The translations under genes and the position numbers were made by a program. Source: Cenarchaeum sp. (lineage in GTDB: Archaea > Thermoproteota > Nitrososphaeria > Nitrososphaerales > Nitrosopumilaceae). Taken from it: DNA of 64,000 bases. Of the stretch, positions 17,838-27,737 are shown piece by piece. The notes beneath the pieces were generated by a model that saw only the letters and a list, made by a program, of their open reading frames with translations, searched no databases and was not told the DNA's origin. The stretch lies in NCBI GenBank assembly GCA_965206845.1, contig OZ242221.1, positions 160,001-224,000 of the forward strand. The letters are read 5' to 3'. Every line of letters begins with the position of its first letter. The stretch's first letter is position 1.

Positions 17838-18040
17838 ATTGTAAACGGCGGAAAAACGGGCGGATCGGGGGCGCCGGGGGGGCCGGGGGCCGGATCACGG
17901 GCATTTTGAGCCATTTTGGCGATCCTGTGAATTCGAGTTGTACCGTAGGCTCATTTGATGCCGGTGATGCAACCAAAGAAACCAGAGATGTTGGCAGACA
18001 CTACAGAGGTGCACGGAATCCCATAGATATTGCCTGGGGA

Positions 18041-18871
18041 CTATACCCGTAGGCTCTGGCCGGTTATCCGTTCGTAGGCCTCGATGTACCTAGATGTCAT
18101 CCTTTGAACTATCTCCGGGGGAATTACAGGGGCCGCCGGATCCCGTCCTGCATCGCGGTCACGCTCGAACCTCTCCTGATAGCCTGCCGCAGTAAGCCAG
18201 TCGCGCAGAATCTGCTTGTCGTAGGCATCCTGCACGCTTCCGATGCTGTGGTTCTGCTTCAGCCAGAGTCGGTACTCGTCAGGCCCAATCGAGTCGCCTA
18301 AGACAATCCGCCCGTCCAGCCTGCCAAACTCCAGCTTTAGATCCGCCAAAATAAATCCTGCATCATCTGCAATACCTGCCATCTGGCGGTATATCAGGAC
18401 AGACGCCTCCTCAAGCCAGTCGTACTCACTGCTGGTGGCGAGCCCCGCCTGAACCGCCTCCCGTCTTGTTACTGGAGTGTCGTGGGTCGACTTTGTCGTG
18501 GGATCAAACACTGGTTCTGGAAGCCTTGCCGCCAGCCGGGTATCGGTACCCTCTGCAAGGGATACACGGCCGGCCCTAAAGCGGTCCGCCAAGCTTCCGT
18601 AAAAGTATCCGCGTACGACGCACTCTAACGGAAGCATATCCATCCTTCTCACGACAATCTCAGTATCAGACCGCCTCTCCACAAAGTGGCTCTCCGCAGG
18701 CAGTCTGTCAAACCAGAACTCGGCAAACCTGCAGAGAACCTCACCCTTTTTTGGAATACTCTCCTGAAACTTTACGTCGTACGCTGATACGCGCTCGCTG
18801 AACCGGAAGAGCAGGTGTCCGCCGTCCAGTTCGTATATGTCCTTGACCTTGCCAGAGCCCAGAAATTTCAC
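18041..18871 (-). CDS. purC: SAICAR synthetase
   Basis: [34 protein letters not shown]. Confidence 0.96.
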   Translation of the reverse strand: MKFLGSGKVKDIYELDGGHLLFRFSERVSAYDVKFQESIPKKGEVLCRFAEFWFDRLPAESHFVERRSDTEIVVRRMDMLPLECVVRGYFYGSLADRFRAGRVSLAEGTDTRLAARLPEPVFDPTTKSTHDTPVTRREAVQAGLATSSEYDWLEEASVLIYRQMAGIADDAGFILADLKLEFGRLDGRIVLGDSIGPDEYRLWLKQNHSIGSVQDAYDKQILRDWLTAAGYQERFERDRDAGRDPAAPVIPPEIVQRMTSRYIEAYERITGQSLRV

Positions 18872-19008
18872 GCGCTGACTACCTCGCGGTTGGATTTAAC
18901 TTGTGGTGTTCAAGATCCCAAACCCACGGGCGTGCAGCCACAAAGCACCTGTAAAGATGGCTCTGCAGGCAACCGGCTTGCGCTGGCACATGCGGTACGG
19001 CAGTCTGG

Positions 19009-19395
19009 TCAGGAGCCCATCATGCCCACCATCTTTGGCAGTTCCCGGTATGCCTTGCTCACAAATACGCCCGGGTCTGCCGACACCTGGACAAACTCCA
19101 TCGAGTTGTTCGGTGGGGGCGAGACGATCACCTTTTGCCGGGGCTCCATGGTTCCCAGATCCAGCGTTTCGCCGCCGCCAAAGTTTACCCTCACATTGGA
19201 CAGGGGCTGGAATCCTGTATTTTGAATGGTGATGCGGCCGGTAGTGAACAGGTTTTGCTTGTCGATTATCGGATCCACAAACAGCTCATAGTCCTGCCCC
19301 CCGATGGTCATCTTTGCAACATCCATCCCAAAGACGACCGCCATTATGACTATGGCCGCCACGCCAGCAATGACTAGCCCGGTGTAGGTATTCAC
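19009..19395 (-). CDS. Membrane-anchored hypothetical protein
   Basis: N-terminal TM segment followed by a beta-rich domain; coherent coding composition. Confidence 0.75.
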   Translation of the reverse strand: MNTYTGLVIAGVAAIVIMAVVFGMDVAKMTIGGQDYELFVDPIIDKQNLFTTGRITIQNTGFQPLSNVRVNFGGGETLDLGTMEPRQKVIVSPPPNNSMEFVQVSADPGVFVSKAYRELPKMVGMMGS

Positions 19396-19553
19396 TGTAG
19401 CAGGGTGGTTCTTATAATAATTAAGAATGTTGACTGCACTGCTCAGACAGCAGAGTAAGGCCGAGACGGGCAGTCAGAAGGGCGCCGAAATAAAAGAACC
19501 AAGCCGTTGATCACCGACTTGGCCGATGGTCGCTTGCCTGACACCTGTCACGC

Positions 19554-19832
19554 CTAGCTGAACATTTGTCCCGGGGGCATGGATCTCTTCTGAAGCGATG
19601 TCTTCTCTACAGAGAACGTCCTGTTGGATGGAATTATGGACAGTTTTACCGACGTGTTGATTGCATAGTGGGTGGTCCCATCAGGATTTTTGAAGTTGGT
19701 TGCCTTGCCTACCCGGTCAAGATCCACCTTGACCTTTACAACCGTTCCGTCTTCCAGCTTGAACGACACGTACTCGTTCTCCAGCCTCTCATAGTCCAGC
19801 ACCTCAAATTCGATCTTCTCTTTGCCGCTCAT
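19554..19832 (-). CDS. Conserved hypothetical protein
   Basis: MSGKEKIEFEVLDY...FKLEDGTVVKVKV; start at 19832. Confidence 0.78.
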   Translation of the reverse strand: MSGKEKIEFEVLDYERLENEYVSFKLEDGTVVKVKVDLDRVGKATNFKNPDGTTHYAINTSVKLSIIPSNRTFSVEKTSLQKRSMPPGQMFS

Positions 19833-19963
19833 ACAGCATGCTACAATGAGGAAATATTTGGTTGTTTCCCGGCAGGCCGTGCAGATACCGTGCAACAGGC
19901 CTCCTGCCAGGTCGCAATACGGACAAGCCGACCCACGGAGGATGTTCTAAAACGGAATAGAGC

Positions 19964-21511
19964 CTAATACAGGTGGCTTGCGAGCTTGATCTGATCCTGT
20001 GCAGAGATTACGTTCTTCTCGGCGAGCAAGTCCAACAGCTCCTCCAGCATCTTTTTGTGGGTAGAGGATAGCTCCACTACGGCCTGCTTGTCGTCGTCGG
20101 CGCTGCCAGGCGGGCCGCTTGGGCCAGGCGGACCCGTCGGCCCTGTAGAGCCGCGCTTTCCCTGCGGACCCTGAATCCCCTGTGGGCCATGTGGTCCCGG
20201 TTCGCCAGGAGCTCCCTCCGGTCCGCGCCCTCCTTGTGGACCGGGCTTGCCGGCGGGACCTCTCACTCCAGGCTCCCCCTGCCGGCCAGGCATGCCAATG
20301 GGGCCACTTGTGCCTATCTCACCCTGCGAACCGCGGGGCCCTTTCTCGCCTGACGGGCCAACTGGTCCCTTGTCGCCTGAAGGGCCAGAAGGCCCTCTCC
20401 CTCCCAGTGCCCCGATGTGGCCTTTGTCACCGCGATCCCCCTTGTCCCCGGTCAGCCCCTTGGGTCCGAGGGATCCCTTGTCACCCTGGGAACCCATAGG
20501 CCCATCAGGGCCCTTGTCGCCCTTGGCCCCAGCAGATCCGCGCTCTCCCAGGGGGCCCTTGTCGCCGCGATCCCCTTTGTCGCCTGTCAGTCCCTTGCGC
20601 CCCGGAGGACCCTTGTCTCCCTGAGGCCCTGCTGGTCCATTCTCGCCCTTGTTGCCAAGGGGTCCGCGCCCGCCTGTGGCGCCCTTGTCACCGCGATCCC
20701 CAATGCCACCAGTCAGTCCCTTAGGACCTATGTTTCCCTTGTCACCTGTTGGCCCCCTGAGGCCTGCGGAGCCCTTGTTGCCCCGCAAACCTGGAGAGCC
20801 GACGGGGCCCTTATCGCCTGTCTGACCCCTGCGGCCTGCGGAGCCCTTGTTGCCACGAGGGCCAGGATGGCCGACGGGGCCCTTATCGCCTGCCTGACCC
20901 CTGCGGCCTGCGGAGCCCTTGTTGCCACGAGGGCCTGGTGGGCCTGATGGGCCCCTGTCGCCACGGAGGCCAGGAGTATCTGTTAAGTCCATGTCATCTG
21001 CAGATCCGGCAGGCTCCCCGTCATCTGCAGATCCTGATCCGGCACCTTCTGATCGGCGCGGCTCCTCGTCTACGGCGAGGCCTCCCGGATCACCCTCTGT
21101 GCCATCCACATCCTCTGACGGTTTTGGAGCTCTAGTCTTACCGGGTGCATCCTGATCATCGGGCTGGCTCCGGACAATGGGTTTTGATTTTTTACCAGAC
21201 CGGGATGCAGCGTGCACATCCACATCAAAAACGGAAAACAGTGGAGAGAACTGATCGATTGCCACTATCCAAGCCTTCGTCAGAGCAAGGACGCCCTTGG
21301 GCAAAGGATTCTCCGGGCTGCCCAGAACCTCAGAGTACATCCCATCGGTGATGCTCAAGTGGAAGTCCTGTTTCCAAAGGGATGAAATCTTGCCTGAAAT
21401 GATATCAAGACCGTCGGGCTCGGATCCGACTATATGTATGGTTATCTCATATATTCCCGGATTTTTAAACGGCGCAGGTCCACGTACCGGTATTTGTGGG
21501 ATGGACATCAT
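19964..21511 (-). CDS. Collagen-like triple-helix protein
   Basis: 97 uninterrupted Gly-X-Y triplets; globular N-terminus, acidic linker, short helical C-terminus. Confidence 0.92.
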   Translation of the reverse strand: MMSIPQIPVRGPAPFKNPGIYEITIHIVGSEPDGLDIISGKISSLWKQDFHLSITDGMYSEVLGSPENPLPKGVLALTKAWIVAIDQFSPLFSVFDVDVHAASRSGKKSKPIVRSQPDDQDAPGKTRAPKPSEDVDGTEGDPGGLAVDEEPRRSEGAGSGSADDGEPAGSADDMDLTDTPGLRGDRGPSGPPGPRGNKGSAGRRGQAGDKGPVGHPGPRGNKGSAGRRGQTGDKGPVGSPGLRGNKGSAGLRGPTGDKGNIGPKGLTGGIGDRGDKGATGGRGPLGNKGENGPAGPQGDKGPPGRKGLTGDKGDRGDKGPLGERGSAGAKGDKGPDGPMGSQGDKGSLGPKGLTGDKGDRGDKGHIGALGGRGPSGPSGDKGPVGPSGEKGPRGSQGEIGTSGPIGMPGRQGEPGVRGPAGKPGPQGGRGPEGAPGEPGPHGPQGIQGPQGKRGSTGPTGPPGPSGPPGSADDDKQAVVELSSTHKKMLEELLDLLAEKNVISAQDQIKLASHLY

Positions 21512-21553
21512 ACTTTACTTGCAAAACAGCTATTTCTGCATTTAGACGAAGTA

Positions 21554-22785
21554 GGCTGTGTCCCACGGACATATACTCCCTCAAAATCGCAAGGCATAAT
21601 GATCCAATGATCGCGGCTCGACCCAATGAAAAAAATAAAACGCGATCAGCGACCATACGAGCTGGTCCAGCAGCATCTGTCGGGCCTCATACTGAGCACG
21701 ATACTGGGGATAGTTGAGGATCTGGGCGACCCATACCGGGCCAAGCCCGGACTGGGCGGCATGACCGCCTACCCGCCAAAGGCCATGGCCGTCGTCTGCA
21801 TTCTCATGGAAGCAGAGGCGCGCACCTACCGAAAGATGGTGGGCCACCTCAGGATGAACCGGGGCCTCGCCATGAAGATAGGGCTGCCCAAGATACCCTC
21901 AAAGAGCACCATATGGCGCGCCTACGGCATGATCCCCGAGCCATACCTGCGTGAGGTCCACACGAGGATCATCGGCGACGTCATGGTGACCGGTTCGGTG
22001 GCCGGGGACAGCACCGGCTACTCCGGCAACAGGTTCGTTCGGTGGTTCAGCATCCGCCACGGCCAGGTCAGGCTCAAGCGCGGCTGGGTCAAGCTGCACA
22101 GCATCGTCGATGTCTCCACCAGGACCGTCCTAGACTACCTAGTCACCGACGGGTACGCCTCCGACATCACAGGATTGTGGCCGATGCTGGGAAGGATCGA
22201 AGAAGGCGCCGACTTCTTCTGCCTGGACTCGGCCTACCTGGCCAGGAAGATCTGCGACGCCATATCCGACAAGGGCATGGTACCGCGCATCCGGCCCAAG
22301 TCCAATACCGTCTGCAAGAACGGGGGCAGCCAGGCCTGGGGCGATATGACCAGAACGCACAGGGACGAGCTGGCCCGGTTCATGGACGAGTACCACCAGC
22401 GCAGCATCATCGAGGCCGTCTTTGGCGCAATCAAGAAAATGTACGGAAACCATCTTCGGAGCCGTAGGCGCGCCCGGCAGAGCCGGGAGATAGCAATCCG
22501 GGTCATCTGCTACAACATCGAGGTGGTCACGCGATCGCACGTAAAAAGCGGCAGGCTCACGCACGAGTCGCTCACTGCAATGGCTGCCTGACTGGCGCGG
22601 TGACCGCCGCGCCGTCCGTGGGGGAGCCTGCGCACCACCCCTTGGATCGGATGAGATTTTACGGTTTCGGACAGACTTTGAAGCCGGTGATATGCGAAAA
22701 ATGCCACAATCCCAAGAATTCGGATAATGCCGTACCGGCACGGCATCAGCGGATGATTGTGGGGTTATGCCTCTAGGACACAGCC
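21554..22785 (+). mobile_element. IS5-family insertion sequence (IS903-like ends)
   Basis: TIR GGCTGTGTCC / GGACACAGCC; 9-bp TSD GACGAAGTA at 21545-21553 and 22786-22794. Confidence 0.9.
21626..22591 (+). CDS. IS5-family DDE transposase
   Basis: GDSTG, WVKLH..VD, LDSAY, YHQRSIIEAVFGAIK; intact 321 aa. Confidence 0.93.
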   Translation: MKKIKRDQRPYELVQQHLSGLILSTILGIVEDLGDPYRAKPGLGGMTAYPPKAMAVVCILMEAEARTYRKMVGHLRMNRGLAMKIGLPKIPSKSTIWRAYGMIPEPYLREVHTRIIGDVMVTGSVAGDSTGYSGNRFVRWFSIRHGQVRLKRGWVKLHSIVDVSTRTVLDYLVTDGYASDITGLWPMLGRIEEGADFFCLDSAYLARKICDAISDKGMVPRIRPKSNTVCKNGGSQAWGDMTRTHRDELARFMDEYHQRSIIEAVFGAIKKMYGNHLRSRRRARQSREIAIRVICYNIEVVTRSHVKSGRLTHESLTAMAA

Positions 22786-22871
22786 GACGAAGTACCAGAA
22801 TGGGGTCGCCTGCCGCCTCGTACCAGTCGTGAAGACTCTTCCGAATATGCGTTTTCGTACCTGGGCAGAAG

Positions 22872-23930
22872 TGTATTGTAACAAAACTATGTCCTCCCCA
22901 GATCAGACGCACTCTGCGCGAATTTATTAGGTTACACTATCCAAGACGCCTGATGCCGGTCAAGCTGGATGACGACAAAATCAAGTACGTCATTCGCGAG
23001 AAGGAGAAAGGGACCCTCAACGCCACAATAGCTGAAAGCATGAAGATCAGCTCACGACATGTGCGACGCCTTTGGGCCAAGTACAGGAGTACCGGCTCGT
23101 TGCCGACGATCAGCAGTGGCGGCCGACCTGCCACCAAGACAATATCTGATGAGGAAGTCGAGATGGTGCTGGCCGAGTGCAGGAGAGGCTGTTCGGGGGT
23201 GGGACGGGTCACCAAGGCATTGGCGGACAAAAACATAAGCGGCCGCACCGTATACAACATAATGAAAAAACATGGGCTGGTGGAGTCGTGCCCCGCAAAG
23301 GCAAAAAAACGCAAATGGGTGAGATTTGAGCGGCAGTACTCTAACGCCATGTGGCATACGGACTGGCATGTCATGAAGGACTTCCGCGTGAGGGATCTGA
23401 ACCTGATCACGTACCTGGACGATGCCTCGCGATGCGTCACCGGATACGGCGTGTTCAAAGAAGCAACCGGCCTGAATGCCGTGGAGGTGCTCAGGCAGGC
23501 AATTCTGGCGTTTGGCACCCCGGCATCCATCCTGTCGGACAACGGATCCTGCTTTGTGGGCGTGCGAAGCGGCACGCCGAAGGGAACATGGACGCCTACT
23601 ATCTTTGAGAGCGAGCTTCTGGATCGCGGCATACAGCTGATAAACTCAAGGCCGTACCATCCCCAGACCAACGGTAAGCTGGAGAGGTTCCACAGGACAC
23701 TGGAGACCGAGGTGGGGCGGCACGACAGTTTGGACGACTTCGTCACGTACTACAACGAGAGGCGGCTGCATTGGTCGCTTGACATAGACAACCACCAGAC
23801 GCCGCTCAAGGCGTTCCATGATAAGGGGACGTATGAAACTATAAGAGTAGACAATCCAAACTGGATGGAGGTTGACATCCATGGATGACCGGCGGACAAA
23901 GGGGGGAGGACATAGTTTTGTTACAATAGA
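22872..23930 (+). mobile_element. IS481-family insertion sequence
   Basis: 28-bp TIR T(G/C)TATTGTAACAAAACTATGTCCTCCCC; 15-bp TSD GTACCTGGGCAGAAG at 22857-22871 and 23931-23945. Confidence 0.92.
22953..23888 (+). CDS. IS481-family (rve integrase-type) transposase
   Basis: WHTD, LDDASR, LSDNGSCF, PYHPQTNGKLERFH, YNERRLH. Confidence 0.94.
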   Translation: MPVKLDDDKIKYVIREKEKGTLNATIAESMKISSRHVRRLWAKYRSTGSLPTISSGGRPATKTISDEEVEMVLAECRRGCSGVGRVTKALADKNISGRTVYNIMKKHGLVESCPAKAKKRKWVRFERQYSNAMWHTDWHVMKDFRVRDLNLITYLDDASRCVTGYGVFKEATGLNAVEVLRQAILAFGTPASILSDNGSCFVGVRSGTPKGTWTPTIFESELLDRGIQLINSRPYHPQTNGKLERFHRTLETEVGRHDSLDDFVTYYNERRLHWSLDIDNHQTPLKAFHDKGTYETIRVDNPNWMEVDIHG

Positions 23931-24058
23931 GTACCTGGGCAGAAGGGGACACGATCTCACACATGCACAGAGCCATGCCACAGCTCATTTGAGCGCAGGC
24001 GCATGTGTTTCAGACTGGCCATTGCGCCCTGTCTTGTGGGGAACGCAGCGATCTGCAT

Positions 24059-24547
24059 TCAAGCAAACTTTCCCATCTGCCTGATCCGCCTCTCCCTTAG
24101 AAGCCGGTACGCGCTCAGACCGTTAAAAGAGAATATCACCACAAGGCCCACATACGCTAGGGACTGGCTGTGCTCGATGAGCACCGCCGAGACGCCGCTT
24201 CCAAGAACACTGGGCAGAAGTGACAGGATGTAGAGCCACCAGCCGCAGCATCCCAACGGAACCAGCGAAAAGAACGAGAAGAATGACGTCGCAGCGGTGC
24301 TGCCGGAGCTCCCGCCGATTCTCTTCTTTCTGTCAATCCGGCAGCCAATCTTCTTGCCACTTTCTGAGATAAGCACCTGGAGTCCGACACCGACACCCAT
24401 TCCCAGGATCACTACGGTGTTCAGCTCAAAGGCGGCAGTTACGGCAGATGCTGCCGGAAGTGCAGGGGTCGTGGCGACTACCACCACCAAGTAGACTGCG
24501 ATCGTGGCGGCTCCTGCCATCAGCGACTTGGCTACGGGCCTCATCAC
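24059..24547 (-). CDS. Membrane protein with a GCCG motif
   Basis: About 4 TM segments; overlaps the DUF3179 stop, suggesting an operon. Confidence 0.75.
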   Translation of the reverse strand: MMRPVAKSLMAGAATIAVYLVVVVATTPALPAASAVTAAFELNTVVILGMGVGVGLQVLISESGKKIGCRIDRKKRIGGSSGSTAATSFFSFFSLVPLGCCGWWLYILSLLPSVLGSGVSAVLIEHSQSLAYVGLVVIFSFNGLSAYRLLRERRIRQMGKFA

Positions 24548-25689
24548 GTATCACCGTATAGCCCCGTATCAGGATGAAATGACACCCACTCGAACCAAAA
24601 TCCCGGACTGAATCCGAGCCGTGGCAGCTGCTCGCCCTCAAGCGGGCCTGCCACCGCAAGACCGTCATAGCTCCACTCAGAGCCTGTGTCGGTATCCGTA
24701 AGCGTGCCGTCCCGATACACAAACTCTAGCACGTGGCCATCCACCGCGCGCTCAAACGCTCTAGCATTCTGCTCGTATGCAGAAACCAGCAGAACCGGCA
24801 CCCCGGCAAAGTCGTCATTGATTGTGCCTGCGGCCTCCACGTCTGACTGCGTATACGCCTTGTAGCTCACGCCTGAACTAAATCCAAGTATGATCTCCTT
24901 TGGGCCGAGTCGATCATCTCGATGAGCCACCGGGAATATGATCCGATCCGAAGCAAAGTACCTTTCGTAAGGGTCCACACCATACGCCCGACTGTGGCCC
25001 GTATCTGTAGTCAGGACGACGGTATCCGGGTGAAGATCCCTCCAGTCGCCCCATCTGATTACATCAAAGGGAACAATGTCCAGCTGTGCCCCGGTCAGCT
25101 CGCCTACCACCGCCTCCCCCAGGGCTTGGCTCCAGTAGCTGTCAGTCTGCCTGTCGTACATCAGCAGATTGCTATTGTACAGCTTGCCAGATACCCCAAA
25201 CTCCAGAACCTGGCCGCCAGATGTCCTCTCAAAGACCTGGTTGGTATAGCACAGTGGGCAGTACGTCACTGATATCGGAACACCGCCCACCACGTCATTG
25301 ACGATCTCGTGCCATACCAGGATAAAGCTCGGATATGCCCTGGCTTCGCCGTTTATCGCAAGGCCAACCACCACATCAGAGTCGGACATGAACTCAGCAT
25401 CTACAGCGGCAAAGACAGGGTCATCTATTGACGGAATGCCGTCCTTGGGCGGTCCGCCACTGAGGATCCTATCCAAAGGGATCGTATGCCTTACTCCATC
25501 GGTAACCATCACAGGATCGGATTGTGGCTCCTCTACAGATTGTGGCTCGGTCTGGGGCTCCTCTACAGATTGTGGCTCGGTCTGGGGTTCCTCTGCAATC
25601 TGCGATCCCGCAAGGCCGTCGCTCAGAATAATCACAGCAAGTATTGCCACTGCTATCGCGCCTGCGGCCACATAATATTTAGAGTTCAA
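24544..25689 (-). CDS. DUF3179-family secreted protein
   Basis: GGPPKDGIPSID, WHEIVND, TYCPLC, FGVSGKLYNSNLLMYDRQT, FWFEW..FHPDT. Confidence 0.9.
   Translation of the reverse strand: MNSKYYVAAGAIAVAILAVIILSDGLAGSQIAEEPQTEPQSVEEPQTEPQSVEEPQSDPVMVTDGVRHTIPLDRILSGGPPKDGIPSIDDPVFAAVDAEFMSDSDVVVGLAINGEARAYPSFILVWHEIVNDVVGGVPISVTYCPLCYTNQVFERTSGGQVLEFGVSGKLYNSNLLMYDRQTDSYWSQALGEAVVGELTGAQLDIVPFDVIRWGDWRDLHPDTVVLTTDTGHSRAYGVDPYERYFASDRIIFPVAHRDDRLGPKEIILGFSSGVSYKAYTQSDVEAAGTINDDFAGVPVLLVSAYEQNARAFERAVDGHVLEFVYRDGTLTDTDTGSEWSYDGLAVAGPLEGEQLPRLGFSPGFWFEWVSFHPDTGLYGDT
25528..25587. repeat. 30-bp tandem repeat (x2) encoding an EEPQTEPQSV linker
   Basis: CTCCTCTACAGATTGTGGCTCGGTCTGGGG occurs twice. Confidence 0.8.
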
Positions 25690-25734
25690 ACATGTGTCAT
25701 GTCGCAGAAAATTATTAAAAAGTTATTTCCACAT

Positions 25735-26748
25735 CTAGTCCAGTTCCTTATTGAGCGCCCGGATAAACTTGCCCATCTGCTTCTTTGGAATCACGGCACC
25801 GCAGGCCCTGTCGTGTCCACCGCCAGATCCGCCCACCATGGACGCAAGCCGGTTTGTCAGCTTTCCCAGATGCGTGGTGCAGGATTTTGAGCCGCGTATG
25901 GACACTGCATAGATGCCATAGTCCACCCTCTCCTTGTATGCGATCCCCACATCCTTTCCCGAAAGCCCTAGAACAAAGTTTACCGCACCACTGGCGCCGG
26001 CATCTGTAATCTCCATGTACCCTAGGTTCCGCATCGTTTTTAGCTCCTCCTTTACCTGGGCAAATACCTGTGCCAGCTTCTCCACCTGTACCTGAGCAAA
26101 CTCGAATGCATTTGGGATGTTGTGCGGATATTTGGAGTCAGCCAGCTCGTCAACTAGGTACAGCAAGTAGTCAGGATCCCTCTGGTGGCCCACGATGTTG
26201 TACGTGAGAACGGTGGCGTTGATCAGCGCAAACTGCCTGTCAAAGATCTGCAAAAGACATGATCCCTGCGGCCTGTCCTCCATATAATCGGTTATTGCGG
26301 CGCATGCGGCGATAAATGCGGAGTGATCCGAGAGTTTGGATTTGAACTTGCCGTACACCTGCACTGTCGTGCATTCGTTTATGTCGTGTATCATCTTCAC
26401 ATTGATCCCCACTAGAGCCTCTGCTATTGTGGGATCGATATCATGGTGATCAATATAGGTCACCACAACATGCCTCTTCCGCAGCGCCGTCAGGATCTCC
26501 ACAAAACGGTCCTGGTTCTTCCTGCTCAGGCCTAGATCACATATGAACAGGCGCTTCAGCTCCATGTCTTCGGCGATCTCCTCAAGGGTCGCCATCTGCC
26601 CCGGATAGTCCACCAAGACAGAGTCTCCCCCGAATGCCTCCCGAATCAGCGCCGCAGAGCATATGCCGTCGGCATCCTCCTTGTGTGAGAGACAGACCGT
26701 CTTTGTCTTGATTGGTTTTGCTTCGGATGTCACGCTCATACGGTTCAT
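25735..26748 (-). CDS. DHH/DHHA1 phosphoesterase
   Basis: H..DADG, DLG, IDHH and GGGH motifs; start at 26748 or 26739, downstream of a TATA-like ATTTAAAT. Confidence 0.9.
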   Translation of the reverse strand: MNRMSVTSEAKPIKTKTVCLSHKEDADGICSAALIREAFGGDSVLVDYPGQMATLEEIAEDMELKRLFICDLGLSRKNQDRFVEILTALRKRHVVVTYIDHHDIDPTIAEALVGINVKMIHDINECTTVQVYGKFKSKLSDHSAFIAACAAITDYMEDRPQGSCLLQIFDRQFALINATVLTYNIVGHQRDPDYLLYLVDELADSKYPHNIPNAFEFAQVQVEKLAQVFAQVKEELKTMRNLGYMEITDAGASGAVNFVLGLSGKDVGIAYKERVDYGIYAVSIRGSKSCTTHLGKLTNRLASMVGGSGGGHDRACGAVIPKKQMGKFIRALNKELD

Positions 26749-27211
26749 CCCGAGATCAGCCTCATTTAAATTTAGAATGGCCGTGCGGCAAGTCCCCCAT
26801 ACCCGCACCAAGCCCGCCGCGAGTAGCCTGCCCATATGGGACAGGCAAGTAAGATCTGCAGTTGGTTCCTCCTGGCCATCACGGCGCCGCCCGCATGGAT
26901 GGAGACATGCTGCACCTGCCGGATCACGTTCTGCGTTCCTGTACCGATGAAAAGCCAGGTTGCACAAATCCACGGGTATAGTTGACCTTCTGAAGTCCGG
27001 ACCGCTTCAAGCCGGAGCCATCTACGAGTTTGATGCCTTCAAGCGTAATGTCGGCGGCTGCGACCCCCCGGCAGCCGCAACTCCTGCAGGTTGCAGTACA
27101 GGGAGAAGAGATCCTATCCGGTCCTCTGGTCGTGCGGGTGAGCTGTGCAGTATAGTGCATCCTGAACCATACCTACAAGCACTTCAAACTCGGGCAGATG
27201 CCACGCGCATA

Positions 27212-27379
27212 TTAGGATATGACCCGACGACCCTTGTAGTTTGCCCAGGTGTCGCAAAACGACACCCCGTTGAGTTGCTCCCGGCGATCCAGATCCTGGA
27301 TCTTTTTCAGCTCTGCCGGTGACGCGTCAAGTATCATCCTGTCAATCTTCCTTAACAGATCCCGTTCTAGCATCAGCAT
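27212..27379 (-). CDS. Small protein, 55 aa (not in the ORF track)
   Basis: MLMLERDLLRKIDRMILDASPAELKKIQDLDRREQLNGVSFCDTWANYKGRRVIS; resembles the 28901-29107 protein. Confidence 0.6.
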   Translation of the reverse strand: MLMLERDLLRKIDRMILDASPAELKKIQDLDRREQLNGVSFCDTWANYKGRRVIS

Positions 27380-27737
27380 TGCTTAAGAGTGCGATCTGTA
27401 ATTAAGCCAGTGTGAAGTTGTTATTTTAGACACAATACTCAATTAATCCTAATTGTGGTGCCCCCCACGAAATCTGCCAAGAACGGCGCCATACTATCCC
27501 CGCAGGGAGTGGCTCGCATGGATGCCCTCGCAGCGCCGAGCCTGTGCTCATAGGCAGATATGACAGTCAGGCAGCGCCGGCGGTACGCCCTCAGGCTCCT
27601 CCCTGCCTGCTTCCTCTGCCCCGTCCCGGAGCGCTCCCAATGCCGGCCAAGCCTGCGATCCTGGGTATTGGTGGCGACTTGGCTGAGACGCCACATGTCC
27701 GTTCAAGTTATAATGTCCCGATGCGATATACCCACAA

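Noticed and set aside
17515-17909. ORFs with IIPVQAT / SYRYRLHHTGT repeats
   Set aside because: They are translations of the 20-bp DNA repeat, which is not a multiple of 3; no protein-like features.
20182-21155. Pro/Gly-rich plus-strand ORFs
   Set aside because: Antisense shadows of the collagen repeats.
21592-22772. Alternative IS5 ends (AGGCATAA.../...TTATGCCT)
   Set aside because: The outer GGCTGTGTCC pair is flanked by a perfect 9-bp TSD and so defines the element.
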